Source: an uncultured Bacilli bacterium (GTDB taxonomy: Bacteria; Bacillota_I; Bacilli_A; RF39; UBA660). Taken from it: a DNA stretch of 42,863 nucleotides. A model generated the notes under the pieces. It did no database searches. It was given only the letters and a program-made list of their open reading frames with translations, and was not told the DNA's origin. Where the stretch lies: the NCBI GenBank assembly GCA_944332675.1, contig CALVKJ010000003.1, positions 1 to 42,863 on the forward strand. Reading direction: 5' to 3'. Positions 17,876 through 26,579 of this stretch are shown here, piece by piece (within the stretch, counting starts at the first letter, position 1; every line of letters begins with the position of its first letter). The position numbers and the translations under genes were made by a program.

Positions 17876-17907
17876 GCCTCCGCTGGCGGCAGTCTCCGCC
17901 CTGAGGC
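17876..17907 (+). other. GC-only hairpin just 3' of the 16309 gene, separate from its terminator
   Basis: GCCTC-cgct-GGCGG-cagtct-CCGCC-ct-GAGGC. No T-run follows it. Confidence 0.6.
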
Positions 17908-17932
17908 CGGAAAGTTTAAACAAAATTTTATT

Positions 17933-17951
17933 GGCACAATAGTGCCTTTTT
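17933..17951 (+). terminator. Rho-independent terminator
   Basis: GGCAC-aata-GTGCC followed by TTTTT. Confidence 0.7.
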
Positions 17952-17995
17952 AATTGCTATTATGGACAATTGGTTAAATTATTGATATTATATTG

Positions 17996-18724
17996 ATGGT
18001 GGTTAAAGTGAAAAGTAATAAGATATTATATATTGTAATTGGAATATGTGTTCTTTTGGTTATAGGGCTTTGTGTATTTTTGGTGGTTAATAATAAAGAT
18101 GAAGTAATGACTGATGCTTTGAAGTTTAAAGAAGATTTTGAACAATACAATGGACGTACTTATGAAGATGCTGGGGATGCAGTTATCGATGTAAGTATTC
18201 CTAGTGATAATCCATTTATATATAAGACTGGTAAAGAAATATTGGAAGTTTTAGATAATGAAGAAGCTTATATATTATTTGGTTATTCTACTTGTCCATT
18301 AACTAGGGCAGCAATTGAAGTATTGTTAAATGCAGCAACTGAAGAAAATATTACTAAAATTTATTATGTCGATATTAAAAATATGCGAGATGAATATGTA
18401 CCGGGGGAAAGTATTATTCCTGAGAAAACTAAAGATGGTAGTGAAGCATACTATGAAATACTTGATTTCTTTGGATCTAATTTAGATAAGTATTATGTTT
18501 CTTCTGAAGATGGTTTTTATTTATATGATACGGGTGTTACAAGATTGTTATCACCAACATTAATAGCCGTTAGTGGTGGCAAACTTGTAAGTATGCACGA
18601 AGAACTGGTGGAAAGTTATGATTATACTAATAGAGAACTAACTGAAGCAGAAAAAGAAGAATTAAAGGAAGATTACTTAGAAGTTTTTAATAGTTTAAAT
18701 GATGATGGTTCTAGTGAAAGCTAG
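17996..18724 (+). CDS. Membrane-anchored thioredoxin-fold protein (Bta-like), single-Cys CPLT motif
   Basis: N-terminal TM helix. YILFGYSTCPLTRAA sits where a thioredoxin CxxC would be. Start uncertain (ATG 17996 or GTG 18008). Confidence 0.45.
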   Translation: MVVKVKSNKILYIVIGICVLLVIGLCVFLVVNNKDEVMTDALKFKEDFEQYNGRTYEDAGDAVIDVSIPSDNPFIYKTGKEILEVLDNEEAYILFGYSTCPLTRAAIEVLLNAATEENITKIYYVDIKNMRDEYVPGESIIPEKTKDGSEAYYEILDFFGSNLDKYYVSSEDGFYLYDTGVTRLLSPTLIAVSGGKLVSMHEELVESYDYTNRELTEAEKEELKEDYLEVFNSLNDDGSSES

Positions 18725-18792
18725 AACTTTATTCTTGTTAATAGGTAGCAAATATAGTATAATTTAAGAGAGAATGAAATGGGATGAGATGA

Positions 18793-19713
18793 ATGGCCAA
18801 GAAGAAAGAAGTAGTAATTGTAGATGAGGAATTAACTCCAACTGTTTTAAAAACTATTAAAGAAAAAAAAGGCAGTGTTATTTGGTTAATTATCATTTTT
18901 GCAATATTTGTGGCGGTAGTTATTTATTTGCCAGATATTACAGTTTATATTGATGAATATTTAAATCCAGAGGTAACAACACCAGTTGTGCCATCAACAC
19001 CAGATAATAGTGATGATGATACTGATGATACCGATACAGAAGTTGTTAAATATGAATTGGTTCAAGGCTTACAAATTGTTGAAGGAGATATTAGTTTATC
19101 TAATTTTAGTATAACTGATAATCAAATAAGTTTTGCTATTACTAACAATGGTACTGAAATGTTAGATTTTTCAGAATTAAATTACTTTTTAGAACTTTAT
19201 AATGCTAATAATATGTTGTTACAAAGAATAATGATAGCGGATGCTTTAGTATCAGCGGGAAGTACAACTAATGTAACTTATGATTTAACTGATACTAATG
19301 TTAGTACGGTTTCCTTTTTAGAAATTACTGAAGAGGGATATCCAAGTCATACATTAACACCAGATGAAAATGGTAATGCTACTTTAACTTGTGTAAAAAA
19401 TTATGAAACAGTTAATTATTTACTTAATGATAATAAAGTTTATTCTATTGAAGATGTATTTGTAGTTTCCGCAACTGATGCTAATTACAGTACTTTATAT
19501 AGTAGTTATCAAGCTTTAGCAAGTACTTATAATACAATCGGCGGAATTGATTCAACTGTTACAGTAGAAAATAATGTATTAACATTTAGAACAGATATAA
19601 ATCTTAGTACAGTAACTGAGGGTTCATTTAATAATATCATATATTATCCAAGAGATACTGATGCTAAGGTTATGAGTTTTGAATTAGAGGCGAATGGCTA
19701 TACTTGTAATTAA
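18793..19713 (+). CDS. Hypothetical membrane-anchored protein with an acidic Thr/Asp linker
   Basis: TM helix VIWLIIIFAIFVAVVIYL, then PDNSDDDTDDTDTE, then a Thr/Asn-rich extracytoplasmic part. No family recognised. Confidence 0.45.
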   Translation: MAKKKEVVIVDEELTPTVLKTIKEKKGSVIWLIIIFAIFVAVVIYLPDITVYIDEYLNPEVTTPVVPSTPDNSDDDTDDTDTEVVKYELVQGLQIVEGDISLSNFSITDNQISFAITNNGTEMLDFSELNYFLELYNANNMLLQRIMIADALVSAGSTTNVTYDLTDTNVSTVSFLEITEEGYPSHTLTPDENGNATLTCVKNYETVNYLLNDNKVYSIEDVFVVSATDANYSTLYSSYQALASTYNTIGGIDSTVTVENNVLTFRTDINLSTVTEGSFNNIIYYPRDTDAKVMSFELEANGYTCN

Positions 19714-19724
19714 GGGAGGGACGT

Positions 19725-20441
19725 ATGAATTTATGTATTAATGATTTCGAAGGCCCTTTAGATTTACTTTTGCATTTAGTTAAAACAGCTAAGATGGATA
19801 TTTATGAAATAGATACTAAATATATAATTGATAAATATTTAGAGTTTATCGATTCAATTGATAAAAATGATTTAGATAATGCTAGTGAATATTTAGTTAT
19901 GGCAGCAGAGCTTATTCATTTAAAAAGTAGATTACTTTTAAATTTAGAAGAAGATACTAATAATGAAGATAGTGAATTTAGTATTAATAGTGAAGAAGAT
20001 TTAAAAAATAAATTGATAGAATATGAAAGATATCAAAGTATTACGGGGGTATTAAAAGAATTAGAAGAAAAAAGGGGAGAGTTTTTTACTAAGATACCTG
20101 AAAATTTGAAAGAATTTATCGATGAAGATAATCATTTGGAAGGAACACTTGATGCCGAAATTTTAAAAGATGCTTTAGTAGAATTACAAAAGAGATTAAA
20201 TTATCAAAAGCCCCTTAATACGAGGATTACAAGAAAAGAACTAAGTGTCGAAGAAAGAAAAGTCTATATAAGAGAATATATAAGTAAACGGAAGAATGTT
20301 AAATTTACAGATCTTTTTGAAGATTATTCTAAGGAAATGATTGTAGTAACATTCTTATCTATTTTAGATATGTGTAAAAATAGAGAAATTAAATTGAGTC
20401 AAAAAGATAATTTTGGAGAAATATTAATAGAAAAGGTGTAA
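19725..20441 (+). CDS. scpA: Segregation and condensation protein A
   Basis: FEGPLDLLLHLVKTAKMDIYEI at the N-terminus, immediately followed by scpB. Confidence 0.9.
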   Translation: MNLCINDFEGPLDLLLHLVKTAKMDIYEIDTKYIIDKYLEFIDSIDKNDLDNASEYLVMAAELIHLKSRLLLNLEEDTNNEDSEFSINSEEDLKNKLIEYERYQSITGVLKELEEKRGEFFTKIPENLKEFIDEDNHLEGTLDAEILKDALVELQKRLNYQKPLNTRITRKELSVEERKVYIREYISKRKNVKFTDLFEDYSKEMIVVTFLSILDMCKNREIKLSQKDNFGEILIEKV

Positions 20442-20444
20442 TAG

Positions 20445-21008
20445 ATGAAAAAGATTGCAATATTAGAGGGATTACTTTTTGTTGTGGGGGATGAAGGTAT
20501 AACTTTAGATAATATTTGTGAAATAATGAATATAAAAAAGAAAGAAGCACAAGAATTACTCAAGAGCTTAAGAGAAGAATACAATAAAGAAGAAAGAGGA
20601 ATTAGAATCAGTTTTATCGGGGAAGCTTTTAAACTGACAACTAAGCAAGAACATAAAGATTATTATCAAAAGTTAATTACAACGAGAGGAACTAACACTT
20701 TAAGTCAAGCAGCTTTAGAAACATTAGCAATTATTGCTTATAATCAACCAATAACTAGAGTAGAAGTTGATGAACTAAGGGGAATATCTAGTATCAATAT
20801 GATTAGAAAATTGATGGCAAAAGATCTAGTTAAAATAAGTGGTAAAAGTAATTTGCCTGGTAGGCCTAATTTATATCGTACAACTAGTGAATTTTTAGAT
20901 TATTTTGGTTTAGCTACGCTTGGAGATTTACCAGAATTACCTAATATAGCTCCGAAAGAAAATGAAGAACAAGAATTGTTTACTTCTATTTATAAAGAGG
21001 ATAAATAA
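20445..21008 (+). CDS. scpB: Segregation and condensation protein B
   Basis: EGLLFVVGDEGITL, LSQAALETLAIIAYNQPITRVEVDELRG, GRPNLYRTT. Confidence 0.9.
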   Translation: MKKIAILEGLLFVVGDEGITLDNICEIMNIKKKEAQELLKSLREEYNKEERGIRISFIGEAFKLTTKQEHKDYYQKLITTRGTNTLSQAALETLAIIAYNQPITRVEVDELRGISSINMIRKLMAKDLVKISGKSNLPGRPNLYRTTSEFLDYFGLATLGDLPELPNIAPKENEEQELFTSIYKEDK

Positions 21009-21577
21009 TGCAACTTAATAAAATTGAAAGTAATTATTTAAAGAAGGAAGTATTTAGAAATGATACTATTACGTTTAGTAATTTAGAAAATATCGAGTTT
21101 GAAGCTTGTATATTTGAAAATATTACATTTAGTAACCTTAATATGCAAAATATTACTTTTAAAACTTGTGAATTTAAAAATTGTATTTGGGATAATGTAG
21201 AAGTATTTAAATGTAATTTTTTTAATTCAAAGTTAGTTAATGTAAGTTTTAATGAAACAAAATTAAGTAAGACAACATTTGATGACTCTTTACTTTTAAT
21301 TATAGATGTAATAGATTGTAATATGAAAGAATGTAGTTTTAAAATAAGTAAAATAGATGATTTAAGAATAAAGGGGAGTAATTTAAGTTATATAGATTTT
21401 TATAATTCTAAAGTAGATTCTTTAGAATTATATGATAATAAATGTCAAGAAGTATATTTATATAGTTCTAGAGTAGGATTAATTAAGGGAGATATTAAAA
21501 CTATGCGGGGATTTTATATGAGTATGGAACAAATTCTTGATTTAGTTACTAAAATAGGGATAAACTTACACGAATAA
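21008..21577 (+). CDS. Pentapeptide-repeat protein
   Basis: Repeated five-residue periodicity (FSNLENIEFEACIFENITFSNLNMQNITFKTCEFKNC...). ATG overlaps the scpB stop. Confidence 0.7.
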   Translation: MQLNKIESNYLKKEVFRNDTITFSNLENIEFEACIFENITFSNLNMQNITFKTCEFKNCIWDNVEVFKCNFFNSKLVNVSFNETKLSKTTFDDSLLLIIDVIDCNMKECSFKISKIDDLRIKGSNLSYIDFYNSKVDSLELYDNKCQEVYLYSSRVGLIKGDIKTMRGFYMSMEQILDLVTKIGINLHE

Positions 21578-21594
21578 AGCATATTATTAGTAGG

Positions 21595-22131
21595 GTGATA
21601 ATATTGACTTTAAAAAAGATAAAAATAATTAATGTGGTAGTGTTTTTTGCCCTATCTTTTTTATGGCATTTTGTGTATGATTTGTTTCCTAATTTTTTTA
21701 CAGCGATATTTTTTTCCGTTAATGAGTCAATTTGGGAACATATGAAAATTATTTTTGGGGTAATAGTATTTGGTTCGTTAATTAGTTTAATAATAATGAA
21801 TAAGTTTAAAGTAAAATATAATAATTTTTATGTTGAAGTAGTTTGTAAAGCTGTATTAGGAGTAATATTTTATTTAATAATATTTATTCCTTTATATAAA
21901 TGGCTAGGAGAAAATATGTTTATTTCTATTTCTCTTATGTTAATTACTTATATATTTGTTGAATTTGTGGGGTATAAAATTCTTAAATTAGATGAAATGA
22001 ATATTAAAGTAATGCCAATTGTATTAATAATTTTATGTTATATATTATTTACGTTACTTACATATTATCCAAGACACAATTTTTTATTCTTTGATGAAAC
22101 AAGATTATCTTATGGAATCCCAGAAAAATAA
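21595..22131 (+). CDS. Multi-pass membrane protein of unknown function
   Basis: About five predicted hydrophobic helices. GTG start is uncertain. Confidence 0.45.
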   Translation: MIILTLKKIKIINVVVFFALSFLWHFVYDLFPNFFTAIFFSVNESIWEHMKIIFGVIVFGSLISLIIMNKFKVKYNNFYVEVVCKAVLGVIFYLIIFIPLYKWLGENMFISISLMLITYIFVEFVGYKILKLDEMNIKVMPIVLIILCYILFTLLTYYPRHNFLFFDETRLSYGIPEK

Positions 22132-22139
22132 AAAGAATA

Positions 22140-22766
22140 CTAGAGTTTTTCAAAGTATTCTTTTCCGACGCCACACATTGGGCATTTAAAATCATCTGGT
22201 AATTCTAAAGCATCAGTTTCATAGCGATATCCGCAGATCTTACAGACAAATACATTTTTAGTAGTTGTCTTTTTTTCACTTTGGTAAGTTGGAGCAGTTT
22301 TATTAGTTGTTCCTTTTAAGTTTTCTTGATAGTATTTGTAAGTCATTGCTTCTAGGCTATTAGTTTGCTTTAAATTGATAATTTTTCCTAAAATTATTGT
22401 GTGCGTATTAGTTTGTATTTTGTTATTAAGTGTACAAATAATATAACCACAAGTATTACTGATAATAGGTACCTCATCTATTATTTCATAAGATACATTG
22501 GCAAATTTATTTACTTCATTACTTTTCTTAAAGCCAAATGTTTTAATTAGTTCAATATCTGTATTATTAGGTAGAATATTTATAGCAAACTTCTTTTGTT
22601 CTAAAATGACTTTAGTTGTGTAGTTAGCATTATTTAAGCTAATAGCAACAGTATCACTATTTATTTGCATTACGCTATTAGCAGTGCAACCAACTAGTAG
22701 ATTTTGTTCTTTACTAGTTATTATATACATTCCGTAAGATAATTTTTTTAAAATTGATTTATCCAT
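22140..22766 (-). CDS. Flavin reductase-like domain fused to a C-terminal rubredoxin
   Basis: N-terminal LSYGMYIITSK..VGCTANSVMQI (FMN-binding split-barrel type). C-terminal CKICGYRYE...FKCPMCGVGKEYF (rubredoxin CxxC...CxxC). Confidence 0.75.
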   Translation of the reverse strand: MDKSILKKLSYGMYIITSKEQNLLVGCTANSVMQINSDTVAISLNNANYTTKVILEQKKFAINILPNNTDIELIKTFGFKKSNEVNKFANVSYEIIDEVPIISNTCGYIICTLNNKIQTNTHTIILGKIINLKQTNSLEAMTYKYYQENLKGTTNKTAPTYQSEKKTTTKNVFVCKICGYRYETDALELPDDFKCPMCGVGKEYFEKL

Positions 22767-22961
22767 AGTTCACCTCAAAGATATTATAACTACACTTATA
22801 TTATATACTAAATAAACACATTATTTATAAATTTTTAAAAATTTATAAATTTCGTGTCTTTTTGTAGTGTCTATAATATCATAAAAATTTATATTTGACA
22901 AATCTTAGAATGTCATATTTATTTTTAATTATGGGTGTGATATTATAATTATGGTGATGAT

Positions 22962-24023
22962 ATGAAAAAAAGAATAGTTTTTATCATATTAACTTTAGTT
23001 ATTGTAGTTGTCCTAATATTGGTATTATTAAACGTTTTTTCAAAGAAGGAAATACAATTAGTAAATATAGATGATTTAACTTATAATTATAATGCATTAT
23101 ATTCTGCGGATTATACTTTAATAGAGGGAGATATTACTAGTGAAGTTAGTGCTAGTTATAATTTAAGTGATGATAATACTTGTGAATATCAAGCAAGTTA
23201 TGAAAATGAATTAGGAAGTTATAAAATATATTCTACAAGTTGTGATTATGAAATAGACAGATTAGACATAACTTTACAGATGGATATAACTACAGAATAT
23301 ACTCCTAGTTCTGATGAAGATATGCAGGTTCAAAATGAAGTGGGTATGGAATATGTTGGTAGTTTTGTTTTTGATAACTATAGTCATATCGAAATAGATG
23401 AAGTTACTTATACTCAAGAAGATTATCAAAAGTTTGTTAATAATGATATAAAAGAGATTTTATTAGATCCTGGTAATGAAAAGAAGTATAATAGGGATGG
23501 AGAAAGTTTAGATCAAAATGATAATATTAATTTAGATAAGTATGAAATAATTGATAAGAGAGAAGTTAATAATCATACAGAAAGTATTAATAATATAAAA
23601 ATAATATCTAGTACTAGTAGTAATGATTTTAGTACTTATGAAGAAATTGATTATGAAATGTTGATGTTAAGGCTTGAAGATAGTGGTATTAGTGGACTTT
23701 ATTATATTGGTAATCCCACTTGTATGAATTGTCAAAGATTAACAGAAAAATTAATTAGTTTACAAGAAAAATATGGCTTTAAGACTGTTTATTTTGATAT
23801 TACTAGTATCGGTTATAGTGGTAATGCTTATGAAGAGTTACAAAAAGCGTTGATATTTCCATATAATATGTTTGAGGATACTAATAAAACTTTAGGGGAT
23901 TATTTGGGATATACACCGATGATTTTTGTTCTTAGTGATGGCGTAATTCAAGATGCTTTTATCGGCGATGTTTCAGAAGATACTTTGTTAGAATTTTTAT
24001 ATACTAATGGGATAGTGCTTTAG
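22962..24023 (+). CDS. Membrane-anchored protein with a C-terminal thioredoxin-like domain (CMNC)
   Basis: N-terminal TM helix. LYYIGNPTCMNCQRLTEKL and later YTPMIFVLSDG fit a thioredoxin fold. Confidence 0.5.
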   Translation: MKKRIVFIILTLVIVVVLILVLLNVFSKKEIQLVNIDDLTYNYNALYSADYTLIEGDITSEVSASYNLSDDNTCEYQASYENELGSYKIYSTSCDYEIDRLDITLQMDITTEYTPSSDEDMQVQNEVGMEYVGSFVFDNYSHIEIDEVTYTQEDYQKFVNNDIKEILLDPGNEKKYNRDGESLDQNDNINLDKYEIIDKREVNNHTESINNIKIISSTSSNDFSTYEEIDYEMLMLRLEDSGISGLYYIGNPTCMNCQRLTEKLISLQEKYGFKTVYFDITSIGYSGNAYEELQKALIFPYNMFEDTNKTLGDYLGYTPMIFVLSDGVIQDAFIGDVSEDTLLEFLYTNGIVL

Positions 24024-24031
24024 AGGAAATT

Positions 24032-24739
24032 ATGGAAAAACAAGAAAATTTGAAAAGGTTAATAGAAGAAGCAGATAATATAGTTTTCTTTGGGGGAGCA
24101 GGGGTTTCTACTGCTAGTGGAATAAAAGATTTTCGTGGGAAAAATGGTCTTTATAGGGAAAAAATGGATTATCCTCCAGAATATTTATTAAGTAGCAATT
24201 GTTTTTATCAAGAACCAGAATTGTTCTTTAAATTTTATAAAGAAAATATGAACACTTTAGAGTATGAACCTAATATTGTTCACAAATATTTAAGTAAGTT
24301 AGAACGGATTGGTAAATTAAAAGCAATAGTAACTCAAAATATTGATGGCTTGCATCAAAAAGCTGGTAGTAAAAATGTTTATGAGATCCATGGAACAATA
24401 TATAAAAATCATTGTGTTAAATGTCATAAGTTTTATGATGCGCAAAGTGTTTTTGCAAGTGATGGAATACCAAAGTGTGAATGCGGGGGAATAATTAAAC
24501 CTGATGTTGTTTTATATGGCGAAATGTTACCGCCTTGCTATAATGAAGCTTTATTAGCTATTAGTAAGGCGGATTTGTTGCTGGTGGCAGGAACTTCCCT
24601 TACGGTTGAGCCTGCAACTAGCTTAGTTAGACTTTGTCAAGGAAAGTTAGTAATATTAAATGATACTAAAACACCATATGATAATTTAGCAACTCTAGTT
24701 ATAAATGCAAAACTGGAAGATATATTTGCAAATTTGTAA
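24032..24739 (+). CDS. cobB: NAD-dependent protein deacylase (Sir2 family)
   Basis: FFGGAGVSTASGIKDFRG, TQNIDGLH, zinc ribbon C..C...C.C, VAGTSL. Confidence 0.9.
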   Translation: MEKQENLKRLIEEADNIVFFGGAGVSTASGIKDFRGKNGLYREKMDYPPEYLLSSNCFYQEPELFFKFYKENMNTLEYEPNIVHKYLSKLERIGKLKAIVTQNIDGLHQKAGSKNVYEIHGTIYKNHCVKCHKFYDAQSVFASDGIPKCECGGIIKPDVVLYGEMLPPCYNEALLAISKADLLLVAGTSLTVEPATSLVRLCQGKLVILNDTKTPYDNLATLVINAKLEDIFANL

Positions 24740-24783
24740 GTTTTTAACACAAATTAGATAATTATATGATATAATTTATCTAG

Positions 24784-24870
24784 GCCTGTATGGCGGAATT
24801 GGTAGACGCGATAGACTCAAAATCTATTTTCAGCAATGGAGTTCCGGTTCAAGTCCGGATACAGGCACCA
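24784..24870 (+). tRNA. tRNA-Leu (anticodon CAA), long variable arm, with encoded CCA
   Basis: GCCTGTATGGCGGAATTGGTAGACGCGATAGACTCAAAATCTATTTTCAGCAATGGAGTTCCGGTTCAAGTCCGGATACAGGCACCA. The acceptor stem GCCTGTA/TACAGGC closes. Preceded by an extended -10 TGaTATAAT. Confidence 0.9.
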
Positions 24871-24885
24871 AAATTTTTAGTTGCT

Positions 24886-24909
24886 CGAACTAGATATAGT
24901 TCGTTTTTT
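24886..24909 (+). terminator. Rho-independent terminator after tRNA-Leu
   Basis: CGAACTA-gata-TAGTTCG followed by TTTTTT. Confidence 0.7.
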
Positions 24910-24917
24910 AATTATAT

Positions 24918-24950
24918 GGTCGAAAAGTGTTCGAAAAGTGGTCGAATGTT
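24918..24950 (+). repeat. Three tandem 11-bp direct repeats
   Basis: GGTCGAAAAGT / GTTCGAAAAGT / GGTCGAATGTT, head to tail. Confidence 0.6.
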
Positions 24951-24984
24951 ATGTTAAAATAAATTTAAATTGATTTTTTGATGT

Positions 24985-25002
24985 CAAATTGCTAGCAATT
25001 TG
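24985..25002. promoter_or_regulatory. Perfect 18-bp palindrome (possible operator)
   Basis: CAAATTGCTAGCAATTTG equals its own reverse complement. Confidence 0.4.
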
Positions 25003-25038
25003 TAGATAACATTCCTAATATTACCAATATCAATTTAA

Positions 25039-25064
25039 GACAAACCATAGCGGTTTGTTTTTTT
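25039..25064 (+). terminator. Orphan Rho-independent terminator with no ORF upstream
   Basis: ACAAACC-atagc-GGTTTGT followed by a T-run. The 25108 gene has its own extended -10 (TGaTAAAAT) downstream of it. Confidence 0.6.
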
Positions 25065-25107
25065 AAAATAAAAAATATGATAAAATAGTGCTTGAAAGGA
25101 AGTATTT

Positions 25108-25782
25108 ATGGAAGCTTTGTTAATTTTAGTTATTACTACTAGTAGTGTATCTATTGGTACCATTGTTAAAAAGTGTCTTGATGTCATTAAAAATGTGGCA
25201 GACGAAGGTTATAAAATAGTTATCGATAAAGATAATGAGAAGGTTTGGGATGAAAAAAATGCGAAATTTAATTTATATTTTTGGGAATTATTTATACCTG
25301 GCTATAATTTATTTCTTGCTTATAAAATAATAATGAGTATTTATAGACGTAGTGGTGTTTTAGCTGATACATTGGAAATTATGGGAATAGCTAAAAAAAT
25401 GTCCAAATTAGAATATGAAGAATATTTAAAAAATCCAACAGCTGTTAATGCTGTTTTGGTTCCTGATAGAGTTAAAGAAAGATTAATAGAAGCTATTACT
25501 TTAGATGTTAATGCTGATGGATTGAATGGCAAAATTATTTATGATTATGTTGATGGAAATCTTAAAATATTAGAAACAACAGGAAACTTGTTATATTTAA
25601 CTGAAGAAAAAAGAGAAGAATTAGTACGAAACGGTGGAGTACTTACTAAAAACACTGCAAGTGATGAAGTTTTTAAGAAATTAGATGGAATAGATATCGC
25701 TAATGAAGAAAAACAAATAGAAGAAGAAAGATCTGAAGAAGTGGGACTAAAATTATCTAGAAGAAATAAAAAAATTAAGTAA
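25108..25782 (+). CDS. Hypothetical protein, paralog of 10632..11309
   Basis: Good SD (GAAAGGAAG). N-terminal hydrophobic segment, the shared IPGxNLxLAxK and IxYxYxDGxLxI motifs, Lys/Glu-rich tail. Confidence 0.45.
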   Translation: MEALLILVITTSSVSIGTIVKKCLDVIKNVADEGYKIVIDKDNEKVWDEKNAKFNLYFWELFIPGYNLFLAYKIIMSIYRRSGVLADTLEIMGIAKKMSKLEYEEYLKNPTAVNAVLVPDRVKERLIEAITLDVNADGLNGKIIYDYVDGNLKILETTGNLLYLTEEKREELVRNGGVLTKNTASDEVFKKLDGIDIANEEKQIEEERSEEVGLKLSRRNKKIK

Positions 25783-25826
25783 TTAATTAAATTTATGTGG
25801 TATAATGTATGTAAGGGGAGGAAAAA

Positions 25827-26084
25827 ATGACTAAAGATTACATTACAATTGTTAAAGATGATGGTAATACAGAACAAATGGAAGTTGTTGCAACGTTTAG
25901 ATTAGAAGAAACAGCTAAGGATTGTATTATATATAAAAGTTTAAATGATAACAAATTTTATGCAGCTTCTTATAATGGAGATTTAGATTATGTAAATTTG
26001 AATACTGATTTTACAGAAAAAGAAAAGGAACAAATAAATAAAATATTTGAAGCACTAAATTACGGGGGTGAAAAGAATGCTTGA
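25827..26084 (+). CDS. Small DUF1292-like protein
   Basis: 85 aa. The pattern ITIVKDDGNTEQMEVVATFRLEE..CIIYKS resembles DUF1292, but the call is weak. Confidence 0.4.
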   Translation: MTKDYITIVKDDGNTEQMEVVATFRLEETAKDCIIYKSLNDNKFYAASYNGDLDYVNLNTDFTEKEKEQINKIFEALNYGGEKNA

Positions 26085-26550
26085 ATTTAATCAAAAACAT
26101 AAATTTGCGGATTTAACAGAAATTAAGAAAAAAACAGAAATGGCCAAAAAGACTGGTAAAGTAGTACTGGCTGGAATAACACTTTCAGCAGTATTACTAT
26201 TAAGTGGCTGTGAAAGTGAGAATAAACAAGAAGAACAAGTTGATGTTCAAAACATTTCTTCAACAGCTATTATAATGGAAAATGGCAATGCTTTATTAGT
26301 TGATTTGGAATCATATATGAAATATTCAGAGGATATTGGTGCAACACGTTATAGAACATTAGCTGAAGATAGGACTTGGGTTTTATATACTTCTTTAGGA
26401 GATAAATTGTTAGTTGACTATGATTCAGTAAAATTTATAGAAGGAGAAGATGCACACCAAAAAGCTGAAATTATGGCTCAATCATTAATATCTGAAAATG
26501 GTCAAATAAGTTGTTATGATGATGTATTAAGCCATAGTGAAACTAGATAA
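26077..26550 (+). CDS. Putative lipoprotein
   Basis: Signal-like GITLSAVLLLSGC with a lipobox (LSGC). GGGGGTG lies upstream of ATG 26077. Overlaps the preceding gene. Confidence 0.55.
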   Translation: MLEFNQKHKFADLTEIKKKTEMAKKTGKVVLAGITLSAVLLLSGCESENKQEEQVDVQNISSTAIIMENGNALLVDLESYMKYSEDIGATRYRTLAEDRTWVLYTSLGDKLLVDYDSVKFIEGEDAHQKAEIMAQSLISENGQISCYDDVLSHSETR

Positions 26551-26579
26551 TTAAGTTTTAAATTGTAAAATATGTAAAC

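Noticed and set aside
16309-18724. I looked for a complete diversity-generating retroelement cassette.
   Set aside because: No reverse transcriptase, Avd-like ORF or template repeat is present in this window. Only a possible target-like region is reported, as a hypothesis.
24918-24950. I considered whether the short tandem repeats form a CRISPR array.
   Set aside because: There are only three 11-bp units, directly abutting with no spacers. No CRISPR-like repeat-spacer structure or cas genes occur anywhere in the window.
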